NCBI GenBank assembly: GCA_963798485.1
Contig: CAWCTR010000010.1
Span: 61,411 to 125,410 of the forward strand
Reading direction: 5' to 3'
DNA: 64,000 nucleotides
DNA from: an uncultured delta proteobacterium
GTDB lineage: Bacteria; Desulfobacterota; Desulfomonilia; UBA1062
In this document: positions 29,098 to 41,063 of the stretch, piece after piece
Layout: each line of letters starts with the position of its first letter
Numbering within the stretch: position 1 is the stretch's first letter
Program-made: the position numbers and the translations under genes
The notes under the pieces: model-generated
Database searches by the model: none
The model's input: the letters and a program-made list of their open reading frames with translations, nothing else
What the model was told of the DNA's origin: nothing

Positions 29098-29549
29098 GCA
29101 GGGGAAAACGGCGAGACAGTGATTCTGGTGGCTAAGAACCCTTTTCGTGGTTGCTCCGCCGTTTACCCCTCTCATATAAACAAGAATCCAGCGGGGAAGT
29201 TGCTATGATTCAGATCTGCCTTTGCCATGAGTCTGTATGGTGTGGCCGGAAGAGCCTTTTATCGTGTCACTTACAATTGAACATGACAAGGAACCGATAT
29301 TTTTCTGGGACAGTAGATGCTGTCAGGGACGTACAGGTGGAGAGGGCTACTCTTCTGATTTCATCCTCTCAGTGTACAGTCTAAAGCCGGATGGGTGCCT
29401 GGTGCGGATCATTATCCGTCACCTGAGTATCGTGAAAAATAGGGCGCAGAAAGGGAGTCATTGGAATGGTCCTAGCTGGCTGTACGTTAGACCTGCAAAA
29501 AAAAGTGCGACGGTGAACTATGTTTTTGTTGACAGGGGCCTTTTAATGG
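29098..29549 (+). ncRNA. Candidate bridge/seek RNA region of the IS110 element
   Basis: Hairpin GGGGAAAACGGCG..CGCCGTTTACCCC; ATGGGTG (29391) and GATCATTATC (29407) match the two strands of the predicted circle junction. Confidence 0.5.
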
Positions 29550-29621
29550 GTGCCAGTATCGGCGCTCTGGTATGCTATACCTATTTGTGGAGATCATCTG
29601 TTTATACACATTTAAAATTAT

Positions 29622-29984
29622 TTATAGAGCCTTTTCGTAGATTTTCTGCCAGCGGTTATCATCGGATGTGCTAGTGATCTTAATTGCCCCTTCACCTTTT
29701 TTAAGATCTACCCAAGCAATAACTCCGTTGATTGTAATACCATCAGAGGGGATCATAAACTGGAGTGATCCGCCTATGTAATCTATGGCCTGAATTGTGG
29801 TCCTTGGTTTAAAAAGTTGAGGACACATAAGGCACATGCCATGCTGGTTGATATCTTTTGTAAAACCACGACTGTTAAACAACCTTCCTACTTTGATCAA
29901 AAATGTGATCTTAACTTTTTTCCGCTCCTGTTTCCTTCGCTCATGAACAACATTATTAATTTCCATCCTGAAATCTCCACCCAC
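29622..29984 (-). CDS. PilZ-domain protein
   Basis: ERRKQER (RxxxR) and DINQHG (DxSxxG-like) motifs. Confidence 0.7.
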   Translation of the reverse strand: MGGDFRMEINNVVHERRKQERKKVKITFLIKVGRLFNSRGFTKDINQHGMCLMCPQLFKPRTTIQAIDYIGGSLQFMIPSDGITINGVIAWVDLKKGEGAIKITSTSDDNRWQKIYEKAL

Positions 29985-30346
29985 TTTCTGTATAGGTCTT
30001 TCCTTGAAGTACTTTAAAAATATTGGCTTAAGTAATTATCATATAAAGTAATGGCCCTCTGAATATGTTGCAATGTCGATGCCATTAGAAAAATAACGAG
30101 ATATCATATGGTTAGAACGAGCAATAATAACCTTCTGTGCAGAGAAGTAATATATTACCATTTATATGGAAATAGAGTGCTGTTTTTAAAGTAGGCCGAA
30201 GTATAGGTGTGTGCCAGGTGCAACGCTCTGGCTTGAAGTGATAGGCTTCGTATGTTTCGAACCAAAATCTTCGGTTTTAGGGCTTTTCGAAAACGCCAAT
30301 TTATTGCAGAAATCTCTGCCTTAGACAACTTAACTATATCAAGTTA

Positions 30347-30913
30347 CTAAATGTCATTAGGTCTATCTTCAAAAGTACTCATAGGTTTCGCTGTTGACCA
30401 TTCTGCTAAGAGATCCTCAAGTTTCTTCACTTCGGGGTTTATACTAACATAACCTTCGAGTTCAAGAAGCTCCCCAAAACCTCTATCAGCAGTGACAACT
30501 TGTATTTTTGATATACCATTAAGAAAGCGGAGGTGATTAACTTTCGTTTTAATATAATCCATATCCCAATTATTTTTGCCAATTGTGAGTTTGTGGCGTT
30601 CTACTAGTTCATCCTCTGTAATGTCTTTATCTGGCAAACCCGGAAGCGAGGTGTCTCCACGAACATGAATCAATCGCTTAAACAAGTCTGTAGCCATGAT
30701 ATTTATTTGATCGGCCTGATCCTGTGAAATTTGACCAGACCGGCATTTCATGTCTATTACGTCAAAAAATTCCTGTCTAACCATTGGACTTGATGTACAA
30801 CACATTCCACATAGAAGGGCTTTCTTTGAACATAGCCAGCTTACAACCTCACTCCCCTTTTCGGGTAGGAAGTATTTTAGGATCGCACAAGTATCTAAGA
30901 ACAAGGTTCTCAT
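30347..30913 (-). CDS. PIN-domain (VapC-like) protein
   Basis: FLDTCAILKYF..E, later E, D and VTAD acidic motifs; GAGGAG RBS. Confidence 0.75.
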   Translation of the reverse strand: MRTLFLDTCAILKYFLPEKGSEVVSWLCSKKALLCGMCCTSSPMVRQEFFDVIDMKCRSGQISQDQADQINIMATDLFKRLIHVRGDTSLPGLPDKDITEDELVERHKLTIGKNNWDMDYIKTKVNHLRFLNGISKIQVVTADRGFGELLELEGYVSINPEVKKLEDLLAEWSTAKPMSTFEDRPNDI

Positions 30914-30926
30914 GACTATAATCTCC

Positions 30927-31259
30927 TCAGCTCACCAGACCCTTCACGGCTTCGATGACCGGTGCAGTGAACAGGGCAACAAGGACTGCATACAGGGCAA
31001 AAGAACCGACTGCCTCGGTGAGGTATATCTTCGGATAACGGTATTTTAAAGAGATGACGGTGAGCCCGCCTATTGCCAGGCAGCCAAGATGGAGGAAGGG
31101 GAAGTTCTCGGCACCGGAAGCTGTCGCCGCTGCGATGGCAAAGGTTGAAGTGATAAGAACTACGAAGACTGCCACGATCATTGTCTGGATTGTCCTTTTC
31201 ATTTTAACTTCATCCTTCATGTTTACTTGATGCTCTCTATAACGCATACAGTGTGCCAA
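30927..31259 (-). CDS. Small membrane protein (start uncertain)
   Basis: Signal-like N-terminus plus two hydrophobic helices. Confidence 0.6.
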   Translation of the reverse strand: MAHCMRYREHQVNMKDEVKMKRTIQTMIVAVFVVLITSTFAIAAATASGAENFPFLHLGCLAIGGLTVISLKYRYPKIYLTEAVGSFALYAVLVALFTAPVIEAVKGLVS

Positions 31260-31554
31260 CTATGGGGACTGATCGAAATTAACCATATAGTATCTTGTTA
31301 ATATTGATTATAAACTGAATCGCAGCTCACAGATTATAATGACTGTGCCTCCCCAAAACCTTGATCCATTCAATGGAATGTTCAAAGGGATTGAATGAAT
31401 CGTGCGAATCTCAGGGTTACTATAATCTAAGCTTGTGAATTACTCATGTGACCACGTGCCAGTTTTTACAATCTGGTATGATGAGATAGGTTCGTATGTT
31501 TTAACCCAAGATCTACAGTCTTCAGCCTTCATAATCCCGGAATGTGTTCACCGG

Positions 31555-31980
31555 GTGAACAAAGGACCAGGCCGAGGGGTGGTATGGATGCACCAACCCG
31601 AGGAGCGAACGGAAGCATTCAGTGCAGGAAACTGGCACCAAGGGTAACCAAGGTGCCGGTGACGGGCAGGGAGGAGTCGGAGTATCTCATAGTACTTGAG
31701 AAGGAGGGGAAGTCACCCCAGGCGACCCTCTGGAGGGAAGGGGATACCTGGATACAGAGCTTTTGGAGGGAAAGATGGCGGGAACATCGAGTCCCACAAC
31801 CGTCTCAACGAGACTTCAGAAGATAGCGGAAATGGCCAGAGGCCTATGTTCCTCGGAAATTGGGTGGGGATTGTATCTACGTCCTTAGCGAATCTGTATC
31901 CTGAGGAGCCGGATGCGGGAAATCCGCACGTCCGGATCTGTGGAGGGGCCGGGGAGAGTAATCTCCCTGGTCCCTCGACC
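31555..31980 (+). mobile_element. Group II intron remnant (5'-truncated, internally deleted, ORF-less); left boundary approximate
   Basis: Domain V GAGCCGGATGCGGGAAATCCGCACGTCCGGATC and domain VI ending CTCGACC; domain III-like AGTCGGAG..CATAGTAC; residual IEP start MAGTSSPTTVSTRLQKIAEMAR at 31775. Confidence 0.85.
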
Positions 31981-31998
31981 CAAAATCAAAGCTTTCCC

Positions 31999-32120
31999 GA
32001 ACCAATTGCAAAACTCGAAAAAAGCCGTCACCCCCGCGAAGGCGGGGGTCCAGAGATCCATGAAAAGACTGGATTCCCGCTTCCGCGGGAATGACGTTCC
32101 GGGAGTTTTGCAATTGGCTC
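31999..32120. repeat. REP doublet inside an outer inverted repeat (REPIN-like)
   Basis: GTCACCCCCGCGAAGGCGGGGGTCCAG...CTGGATTCCCGCTTCCGCGGGAATGAC flanked by CCAATTGCAAAACTC/GAGTTTTGCAATTGG. Confidence 0.8.
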
Positions 32121-32228
32121 TTCCCTATATTGAATATTACTCCGATTTCTTATCAGTTTTAAGATGCCGGAAAACTGAAGATCTTTAGGCAGAATATATG
32201 CATAGATCCTACAGCTCAGTGCCTGTTT

Positions 32229-33674
32229 TCATTTGCCGCGTTTGCGGAAATGGTGTAGTGCGGCAGCCAGGAATAAGACGCAGCGTCCCATCTCGTCAAA
32301 GACCGGAATCCCCAGATTTTCAAGGCCGGCCCTTAGCGTCTTCATTCTGTCTCCTACACCGGCAAGCCATGCCACTACAGGTTTCCCGAGCTCATCTTTC
32401 AGCCTGCCGAGGTTTTCAAACATAGAGGCCTCAGGCATACTGGCAAAGATGTGGATGATGACCGAATCCACACGGTCATCGTGCATGATGGATTCGGAAA
32501 CGGCGCTATAAACCTTTTGTAAGCCGCTATGCTCGATAGCAGGCCAGATGTCTGCAGGGTTTCCCGGGTCCATCCATGGGGGGTAGACTGCCTTTAAGGC
32601 GGTCAGGGTTTCAGGGCTCAATTCTGCGAGGCTCAGGCCTGACTCATACAGCAAATCGGATGTGACGATGCCGCCGCCGCCTGAAAAGGTTACTATAGCA
32701 GTACCGGCATTGTCATAGACCCTACAATGTCTGGTCTTGGAGAAACCCCTTAGGAAGTCCATAAGCTCGGTCACATCCGTAACCTCGACAATGCCTGCCT
32801 GTCTCATGGCCGAGCGCATGATCGTATGATCAACCGCCATGCTCGCTGTGTGGCTCATGGCCGCCTTTGCCCCTCCGGGGCTGCGGCCGCCCTTGAGCAG
32901 CACGATGGGTTTATCGGTTTCGGACGCCAGCTTGAAAAATCTCCTCGGGTCGGCGATGGATTCCGCATAGTGTCCGATAATCTTGGTAGAGGGGTCTTTG
33001 ATGAAAAACTCTAACAGCTCGGTTTCATCGACATCGCATTTATTGCCGATGGAGCACATCTTGCTTATATCCAGCCCGCCACGCTCAAGGATCATCATGA
33101 GAAAACCCGCGGAGAGCATGCCGCTCTGAACAGTCAAGGATACATCACCGGGTTTCATCAATGTCTTCCAGGCATCCGTATACATGAAAGAGAAAACATG
33201 ACCTTTGTGGGCATCCAGCAAGCCCATGCAGTTTGGCCCCCAGAGCCTTATGCCATGCCTCTTCGCAAGGGCAACACACTCCTCCTGCAGTTTGGCGCCC
33301 TCAGGGCCTACTTCAGCAAATCCTGCGGACTCGATGATGATGCCCCTTACCTTTTTCTTAGCGCATTCTTCGATGGTCTTCAGAAGGGAAGGTGCAGGGA
33401 TGAAGTAGATGGCAAGGTCAAAGTCCCTTGGGATGGATGATATGTCCGGATAGCATTGCCTGCCCAACAGGGATCCATAACGAGGGTTGACCGGGTAGAC
33501 CTCGCCCTTATAGCTTTGAAGGGTATTATTGAAGAGGTGAAACCCGCCCTTGGCCTTGTTGTCGCTGGCACCGATAACGGCGATGCCCTTGGGATTGAAA
33601 AAGAAATCCATAGAAGCATGATCCTCGCTGTATGCTGATAATAGCTGCATAGAGGATTTGGTATGCCTTGTCAA
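32229..33674 (-). CDS. Acetate-CoA ligase family alpha-type subunit (CoA-binding, no ATP-grasp)
   Basis: IAVIGAS, YPVNP, SAGFAE, GPNCMG, QSGML, SIGNKCD, AAMSHTAS, NPAD. Confidence 0.88.
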   Translation of the reverse strand: MTRHTKSSMQLLSAYSEDHASMDFFFNPKGIAVIGASDNKAKGGFHLFNNTLQSYKGEVYPVNPRYGSLLGRQCYPDISSIPRDFDLAIYFIPAPSLLKTIEECAKKKVRGIIIESAGFAEVGPEGAKLQEECVALAKRHGIRLWGPNCMGLLDAHKGHVFSFMYTDAWKTLMKPGDVSLTVQSGMLSAGFLMMILERGGLDISKMCSIGNKCDVDETELLEFFIKDPSTKIIGHYAESIADPRRFFKLASETDKPIVLLKGGRSPGGAKAAMSHTASMAVDHTIMRSAMRQAGIVEVTDVTELMDFLRGFSKTRHCRVYDNAGTAIVTFSGGGGIVTSDLLYESGLSLAELSPETLTALKAVYPPWMDPGNPADIWPAIEHSGLQKVYSAVSESIMHDDRVDSVIIHIFASMPEASMFENLGRLKDELGKPVVAWLAGVGDRMKTLRAGLENLGIPVFDEMGRCVLFLAAALHHFRKRGK

Positions 33675-33798
33675 TTATGGCCCGAAGACCAAACTATGGT
33701 GCAAAGGCATAAGGCATCAAAGGCATAACAAGGCCGGGTAAATTCTCATTGGACCACGCAATATGTTGATATTATAATGCCTAAGCCTAGTATGAAAC

Positions 33799-34146
33799 GT
33801 GGCATGGCATTCGCAATTACCTTCAGAAAAAACAATGCAGGGTTCTCTTATGGAAGCAGACAGCAAGGGCCTGAGATTGTGCGGCATCTGCAATGACAGA
33901 CAGGCCATCATAGAGTGCGATGGCTGCCTGAGGCCTTTGTGCAAGAAATGCAGGGGTATTGAAATATGGCGCACTGCAGATGAGGAGGTCACCATCAAGT
34001 CCTTTTGCCGCGAGTGCCGGGATAATCCTCAAGTGAATCCGCATGGCCGGGGGGGCAAGGTCTTCGGCCTCGGCCGGGTGACGGATATGGTCAACCAGGA
34101 ACAGCTCAAGTTTAACAAATTCAAGATCAGACTGAAGATCAGATAG
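33799..34146 (+). CDS. Small Cys-rich (zinc-finger-like) hypothetical protein
   Basis: Four CxxC pairs: CGIC, CDGC, CKKC, CREC. Confidence 0.6.
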   Translation: MAWHSQLPSEKTMQGSLMEADSKGLRLCGICNDRQAIIECDGCLRPLCKKCRGIEIWRTADEEVTIKSFCRECRDNPQVNPHGRGGKVFGLGRVTDMVNQEQLKFNKFKIRLKIR

Positions 34147-34571
34147 GAGAGGAAAACCATAAGGGTATGGTTTGCTGACCATAAATAACACATGATTTAT
34201 TGGGTGAAGCCACCAAACAGATGGAAGGCATAATAGTAAATTAAAATATAATCAGCATATTATAAGCACAGAGCCCGATGGCATGCATCTGGCAATACAT
34301 GTAACAAGAAAGACAGTAATGGTAACGGGAGCCAGAATAAATTTCAAGAGAATAGGAAGGTCAATACTAAAAAACAAAGTCTTAACTGAAACCTCCTTTT
34401 AATGCCAGAAGATGGGACACTCCATTCCGCAACCGTCCCCCACACCTAATTCTTCTGGCATATTTTTTTGTTTCGAAAACCCAATCTTTTACGGCCTTTT
34501 CCCTTGACAACACCCGGTACATTCATTAATAGCTCTTCATTCTTAGAACGACCATGTTTTCGAGGTGCATC

Positions 34572-34883
34572 ATGTATGCGGTTATAAGGACAGGCGGCAA
34601 GCAGTACAAGGTTGAAGAAGGCGATACTCTCCGCGTTGAGAAGCTGGAGGCCCAAAAGGGTGATACCGTCACCTTTGGCGATATCCTGCTCATCGGCGGG
34701 GAAGACTACACAATCGGATCACCTACGGTCAAGGGTGCCCAGGTCAGCGCTTCCGTGGTGCGGCAATTCAAGGACAAGAAGATCATCGTGTTCAAGATGA
34801 AGCGCAGGAAGAGATACCGCAAGACTATAGGCCACAGGCAAAACCTGACTGAAGTGCGTATCACCAAGATAGCGAAAGAATAG
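34572..34883 (+). CDS. rplU: 50S ribosomal protein L21
   Basis: [14 protein letters not shown]...GHRQ. Confidence 0.98.
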   Translation: MYAVIRTGGKQYKVEEGDTLRVEKLEAQKGDTVTFGDILLIGGEDYTIGSPTVKGAQVSASVVRQFKDKKIIVFKMKRRKRYRKTIGHRQNLTEVRITKIAKE

Positions 34884-34898
34884 GAGGCGAGTCGAGCC

Positions 34899-37293
<2,395 letters not shown>

Positions 37294-37294
<1 letters not shown>

Positions 37295-38547
37295 TGTCGA
37301 GTCAGGAGATAACCGATATCGCAACCAATGCCAAGAGGGCTTCCCGCTCTCTGGCGGGTTTGTCCAGCCTGAAGAAGGCAGAGGTCCTCAGGCACATGGC
37401 AGACTCATTGAGGCAAAAGGCCGGATTTCTCAAGAAAGAAAATGCAAAGGACCTTGAACAGGCCAAAAAAACAGGCCTGAGCAGCGCCATGATGGACAGG
37501 CTCACCTTAAGCGACAATGTCATTGAAGGCATGGCCCTGGCGCTTGAAGATATAGCCGGCCAGGACGACCCGGTGGGCAGGATCACGGACATGGTCAGAA
37601 GGCCTAATGGACTTATGGTGGGCAGGATGCGTATCCCTATCGGGGTGGTGGCGATTATTTACGAGTCAAGGCCCAATGTCACCTCCGATGCAGCAGGACT
37701 GTGCCTGAAGTCGGGAAACGCCGTGATCCTCCGAGGCGGCTCCGAGGCCATTCACTCGAATACGGCAATCATAGAAGTCTTGAAAGCTTCTTTGACACAT
37801 TCCGGCATGGACCCGGATATGATCGGCTTCATCCCGGTTACTGACCGGCAGGCCATTCTGGACATGCTCAAGCTGGAAGATTTTATCGACCTGGTTATCC
37901 CCAGGGGAGGGGAGGGGCTCATCAGGACGGTTTCACAGAATTCGCTGATCCCCGTGCTCAAGCACTACAAGGGCGTGTGCCATATCTTCGTTGACAGGCA
38001 GGCCGATCTGGAAAAGGCCTTTTCCATCTGCCTCAATGCAAAGGTCCAGCGGCCCGGCGTATGCAACGCCATGGAAACACTGCTCATCGATGGGCCCATT
38101 GCAGGTATCTTCCTTGCCAAGATGGCCCAGATCTACAAGCAGCATGGAGTAGAACTCAGGGGTTGCCCAAGATGCAGGGCGTTCTTCCCGGAAATGAAGG
38201 CAGCTACAGAGGATGACTGGTATGCGGAATTCCTCGACCTGATCCTTGCCGTGAAGATTGTGGAAGACCTTCAGGAGGCCATTGACCACATCGAGAAATA
38301 CGGCTCAAACCATACCGAGGCCATTATAACGGAAAATTATACGAGGGCCATGGAATTCATAAACCAGGTAGACTCCTCCACGGTCCTGGTGAATGCCAGC
38401 ACACGGTTCTCCGACGGGGGCGAGTTCGGACTGGGTGCGGAGGTCGGCATCAGCACATCAAAGGTACACGCATACGGGCCCATGGGGATTGAAGACCTCA
38501 CCATCCGGAAATTCGTCTGCTTCGGGGATGGTCAGATCAGGCAATGA
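37294..38547 (+). CDS. proA: Gamma-glutamyl phosphate reductase
   Basis: IYESRPNVT, LRGGSEA, RPGVCNAME, VNASTRFSDG, EVGIST. Confidence 0.97.
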
Positions 38548-39185
38548 GGCTGGGAATCTTCGGCGGCACCTTCAATCCGATCCACATCGGGCACCTGCGC
38601 GTTGCAGAAGAGGTAAGGGAGTCGCTTGAGCTGGAAAGGATCATCTTCGTGCCTTCCTATCTTCCTCCGCATAAAGAACTCTCCCATAATGTAACAGGTG
38701 CAAGGCGGCTCGAGATGGTGAAGATGGCCCTGAAGTCGTATGCCTTTTTCGAGGTGTCATCCTTTGAGGTAGACAGCGGCGGGAACTCATATTCCATTAA
38801 GACCATCGAGCATATCCGGGAGTTGTACGGGTGTACACCCTATTTCATCCTCGGCCGGGATGCATTCAATGAGATATCAAGCTGGTATCAGGTGCAAAGG
38901 CTCTTAGGCCTCACCCACTTTGCCGTCATGTCACGCCCAGGTGCACCTGTTTGCCCGCTGAGTGATGTGCTTGGTGATGATGCGGCCCGCTTCCAGGCAA
39001 CCCCAAGAGGGTTCATTAATGAGCACGGCAATGAAATTTTATTTGTAGAAGTCACGGCCTATACGGTATCATCTTCCAGGATCCGCGAACTGTGTAAAAA
39101 GGGGAGATCCATCAGATATCTCGTACCTGAGGAGGTGCATGATTATATCAGAAAAGAAAGGATCTACAGCGAAGAAGCTACCTGA
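38544..39185 (+). CDS. nadD: Nicotinate-nucleotide adenylyltransferase
   Basis: FGGTFNPIHIGHL, PPHK, VSSSRIR. Confidence 0.95.
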   Translation: MRLGIFGGTFNPIHIGHLRVAEEVRESLELERIIFVPSYLPPHKELSHNVTGARRLEMVKMALKSYAFFEVSSFEVDSGGNSYSIKTIEHIRELYGCTPYFILGRDAFNEISSWYQVQRLLGLTHFAVMSRPGAPVCPLSDVLGDDAARFQATPRGFINEHGNEILFVEVTAYTVSSSRIRELCKKGRSIRYLVPEEVHDYIRKERIYSEEAT

Positions 39186-39492
39186 CTGGAATGCCTATGT
39201 TGCGGCATTGGAAGACAAAAAGGCAACTGATATTGCAGTGCTGGATGTGCACGGGGTTTGCTCCTTCACGGATTATATCATCATAGCGACCGGCATGTCG
39301 GACAGGCAGATCAAGGCCATGGCCGATCATATCATGGGTGCCTTCGGAAAGCCCTTTGGTAAGGAGGGCATCGAGCAAGGGCGGTGGGTGCTGCTCGATT
39401 ATGTGGATGTGGTCATACACATCTTCCAGGATGAATTACGGCGCTATTATGACATGGAAAGCATGTGGTACGAGGCCAAAAGGATCCGTTAG
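39139..39492 (+). CDS. rsfS: Ribosome silencing factor
   Basis: DKKA.DI, WVLLDY.DVVIHIF, RRYYDME..W. Confidence 0.92.
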   Translation: MIISEKKGSTAKKLPDWNAYVAALEDKKATDIAVLDVHGVCSFTDYIIIATGMSDRQIKAMADHIMGAFGKPFGKEGIEQGRWVLLDYVDVVIHIFQDELRRYYDMESMWYEAKRIR

Positions 39493-39902
39493 TGAAGATC
39501 GTCTTCTGTTTTTCCAACAAGACCCATCAGGGACCTATCAAGGAATCAATAGATGAATATAACAAGAGGATTCAGAAGTATGTCCCTACGGAGATCATTG
39601 AGGCCAAGGACCTTCATCCGCAGACCAGGGAAGGCAAACACATCGTTTTGGTTCCTGAAGGCAGCACGCTGACCTCTGAAGGGTTCGCCAAACTGCTGGA
39701 CCGTTACCAGCTTTCCGGCACCAAGCACATCTTCTTCTATGTCGGCGGTCCTGAAGGGCTCCCGAAGGATGTGCTGGAAAACGCGGATATGTCATTGTCC
39801 TTGTCATGCATGGTATTCAATCACCAGCTTGTAAGGGTTATGCTTCTGGAACAGATCTATCGGGCCTTCACCATCATACGTGGTGAGCCCTACCATAAGT
39901 AG
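39492..39902 (+). CDS. rlmH: 23S rRNA m3Psi1915 methyltransferase
   Basis: GGPEGL, LSLS, HQLVRVMLLEQIYRA, GEPYHK; GTG start at 39492. Confidence 0.93.
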   Translation: MKIVFCFSNKTHQGPIKESIDEYNKRIQKYVPTEIIEAKDLHPQTREGKHIVLVPEGSTLTSEGFAKLLDRYQLSGTKHIFFYVGGPEGLPKDVLENADMSLSLSCMVFNHQLVRVMLLEQIYRAFTIIRGEPYHK

Positions 39903-40060
39903 AGTAAAGGGTGCATAGGTACCTTCCTGCAGGGTAGTATGCCCGATTCTGCATGGAATTTTTGACCGTTGCTCTTTTGCAGAGAATCAATGTATTATAA
40001 GAAGAAAAAGACGGGTCTGAAAAGAGGCACACGTCTAGCATACAAGGGAATGGAGGAGTT

Positions 40061-40549
40061 ATGTTGTATTTGAAGGTCATGGAAGTATTGAAGACAGACG
40101 CAGAGATGTTATCCAGAAGGGTTGTCAAGGATTTGCTGAACAGGGGCGAGACGGATTACCATAAAAAGTATTCCGAAGATATTATGTATGAGCGGGTATA
40201 TGATGTGTATAGCACCCTGGGCTACTGGCTCGATAGGGCCCGACCCAAAGAGGAGATCCAGAAGCACTTCAAGGAAATAGGGAAAAAGCGCTTCGACGAC
40301 GGCATCCCGATGCATGAGGTAATCATGTTCCTGATGCTCATTAAAAGGCATCTCTGGCTGTATCTGCTGGAGAAGCACTTCTTTGAGTCTTCTTATGAAC
40401 TCATGAAGAGTCTTGAGATAAACAACCGTATCGTGCTTTTCTTTGACCGCGCCATCCTTGCATCGACCATCGGGTATGAAGAAGAGCTTGTCAAATATGT
40501 GAAGTCGAGCTCAGAGAGCCTGTTGAGCAAGTTTTTCAAGAAGAAGTAA
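40061..40549 (+). CDS. All-helical protein, RsbRD-N/globin-like sensor domain candidate, paralogue A
   Basis: G..RF..GIP..EV...L.LIKRHLW and FFDRA pattern; GGAGG RBS. Confidence 0.65.
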   Translation: MLYLKVMEVLKTDAEMLSRRVVKDLLNRGETDYHKKYSEDIMYERVYDVYSTLGYWLDRARPKEEIQKHFKEIGKKRFDDGIPMHEVIMFLMLIKRHLWLYLLEKHFFESSYELMKSLEINNRIVLFFDRAILASTIGYEEELVKYVKSSSESLLSKFFKKK

Positions 40550-40573
40550 GCCCGGATTATCCGGGGAGACCAT

Positions 40574-41056
40574 ATGATATCAGAGAAGCTTGTCGAAATG
40601 ATCAAGGAAAACGCTGAAACATTGACCAACCGTCTCTGCAAGGACCTGCTAAGCAGGGAGGAGACCAAGGGCTATAGGAAACTGAATAAAGACAGTGTCT
40701 ACGAGCGTGTGTACGATGTTTACAGCAGGCTCGATTCCTGGCTCGTGGGGGACAAGGTGCGTGGCGAGATAAAGGATCATTACATGAAACTGGGAAAACA
40801 GAGGTTTCATGAAGGCATTTCGTTGAGTGATGTTGTCATGGCCCTGCAGCTCATCAAAAGGCATCTGTGGCTCTATGTGCAGGAGGTGAATTACTTTGAT
40901 TCTTCCTTCCAGCTCATGCAGGCGCTTGAATTCAACAACCGGGTTGTGTGGTTCTTTGACCGTGCCATCTATTTCACCTGTGTGGGATATGAGGAAGAAG
41001 AGATCAAGACTCAGGGGAAACCACAAGGCAGCATAATAGCCAGGATGTTTAAATAA
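40574..41056 (+). CDS. All-helical protein, RsbRD-N/globin-like sensor domain candidate, paralogue B
   Basis: Clearly homologous to 40061-40549 (YERVYDVYS, LIKRHLWLY, FFDRAI, GYEEE). Confidence 0.65.
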   Translation: MISEKLVEMIKENAETLTNRLCKDLLSREETKGYRKLNKDSVYERVYDVYSRLDSWLVGDKVRGEIKDHYMKLGKQRFHEGISLSDVVMALQLIKRHLWLYVQEVNYFDSSFQLMQALEFNNRVVWFFDRAIYFTCVGYEEEEIKTQGKPQGSIIARMFK

Positions 41057-41063
41057 GGTATAT

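Larger units (their letters stand above)
27995..29552 (+). mobile_element. IS110-family insertion sequence, IS1111-like (sub-terminal inverted repeats, long 3' non-coding end)
   Basis: GTG core at both ends; sub-terminal IRs TAAAAGGC (28007) and GCCTTTTA (29538); about 450 nt non-coding region after the transposase. Confidence 0.8.

Noticed and set aside
29237-29674. 145-aa ORF after the IS110 transposase
   Set aside because: Crosses the IS right end and overlaps the predicted structured ncRNA; no protein motif
30205-30250. GTGTGCCAGG.. as a group II intron 5' end or further IS110 target
   Set aside because: No intron domain I features follow, and the left target flank TGAAGATAAC is missing
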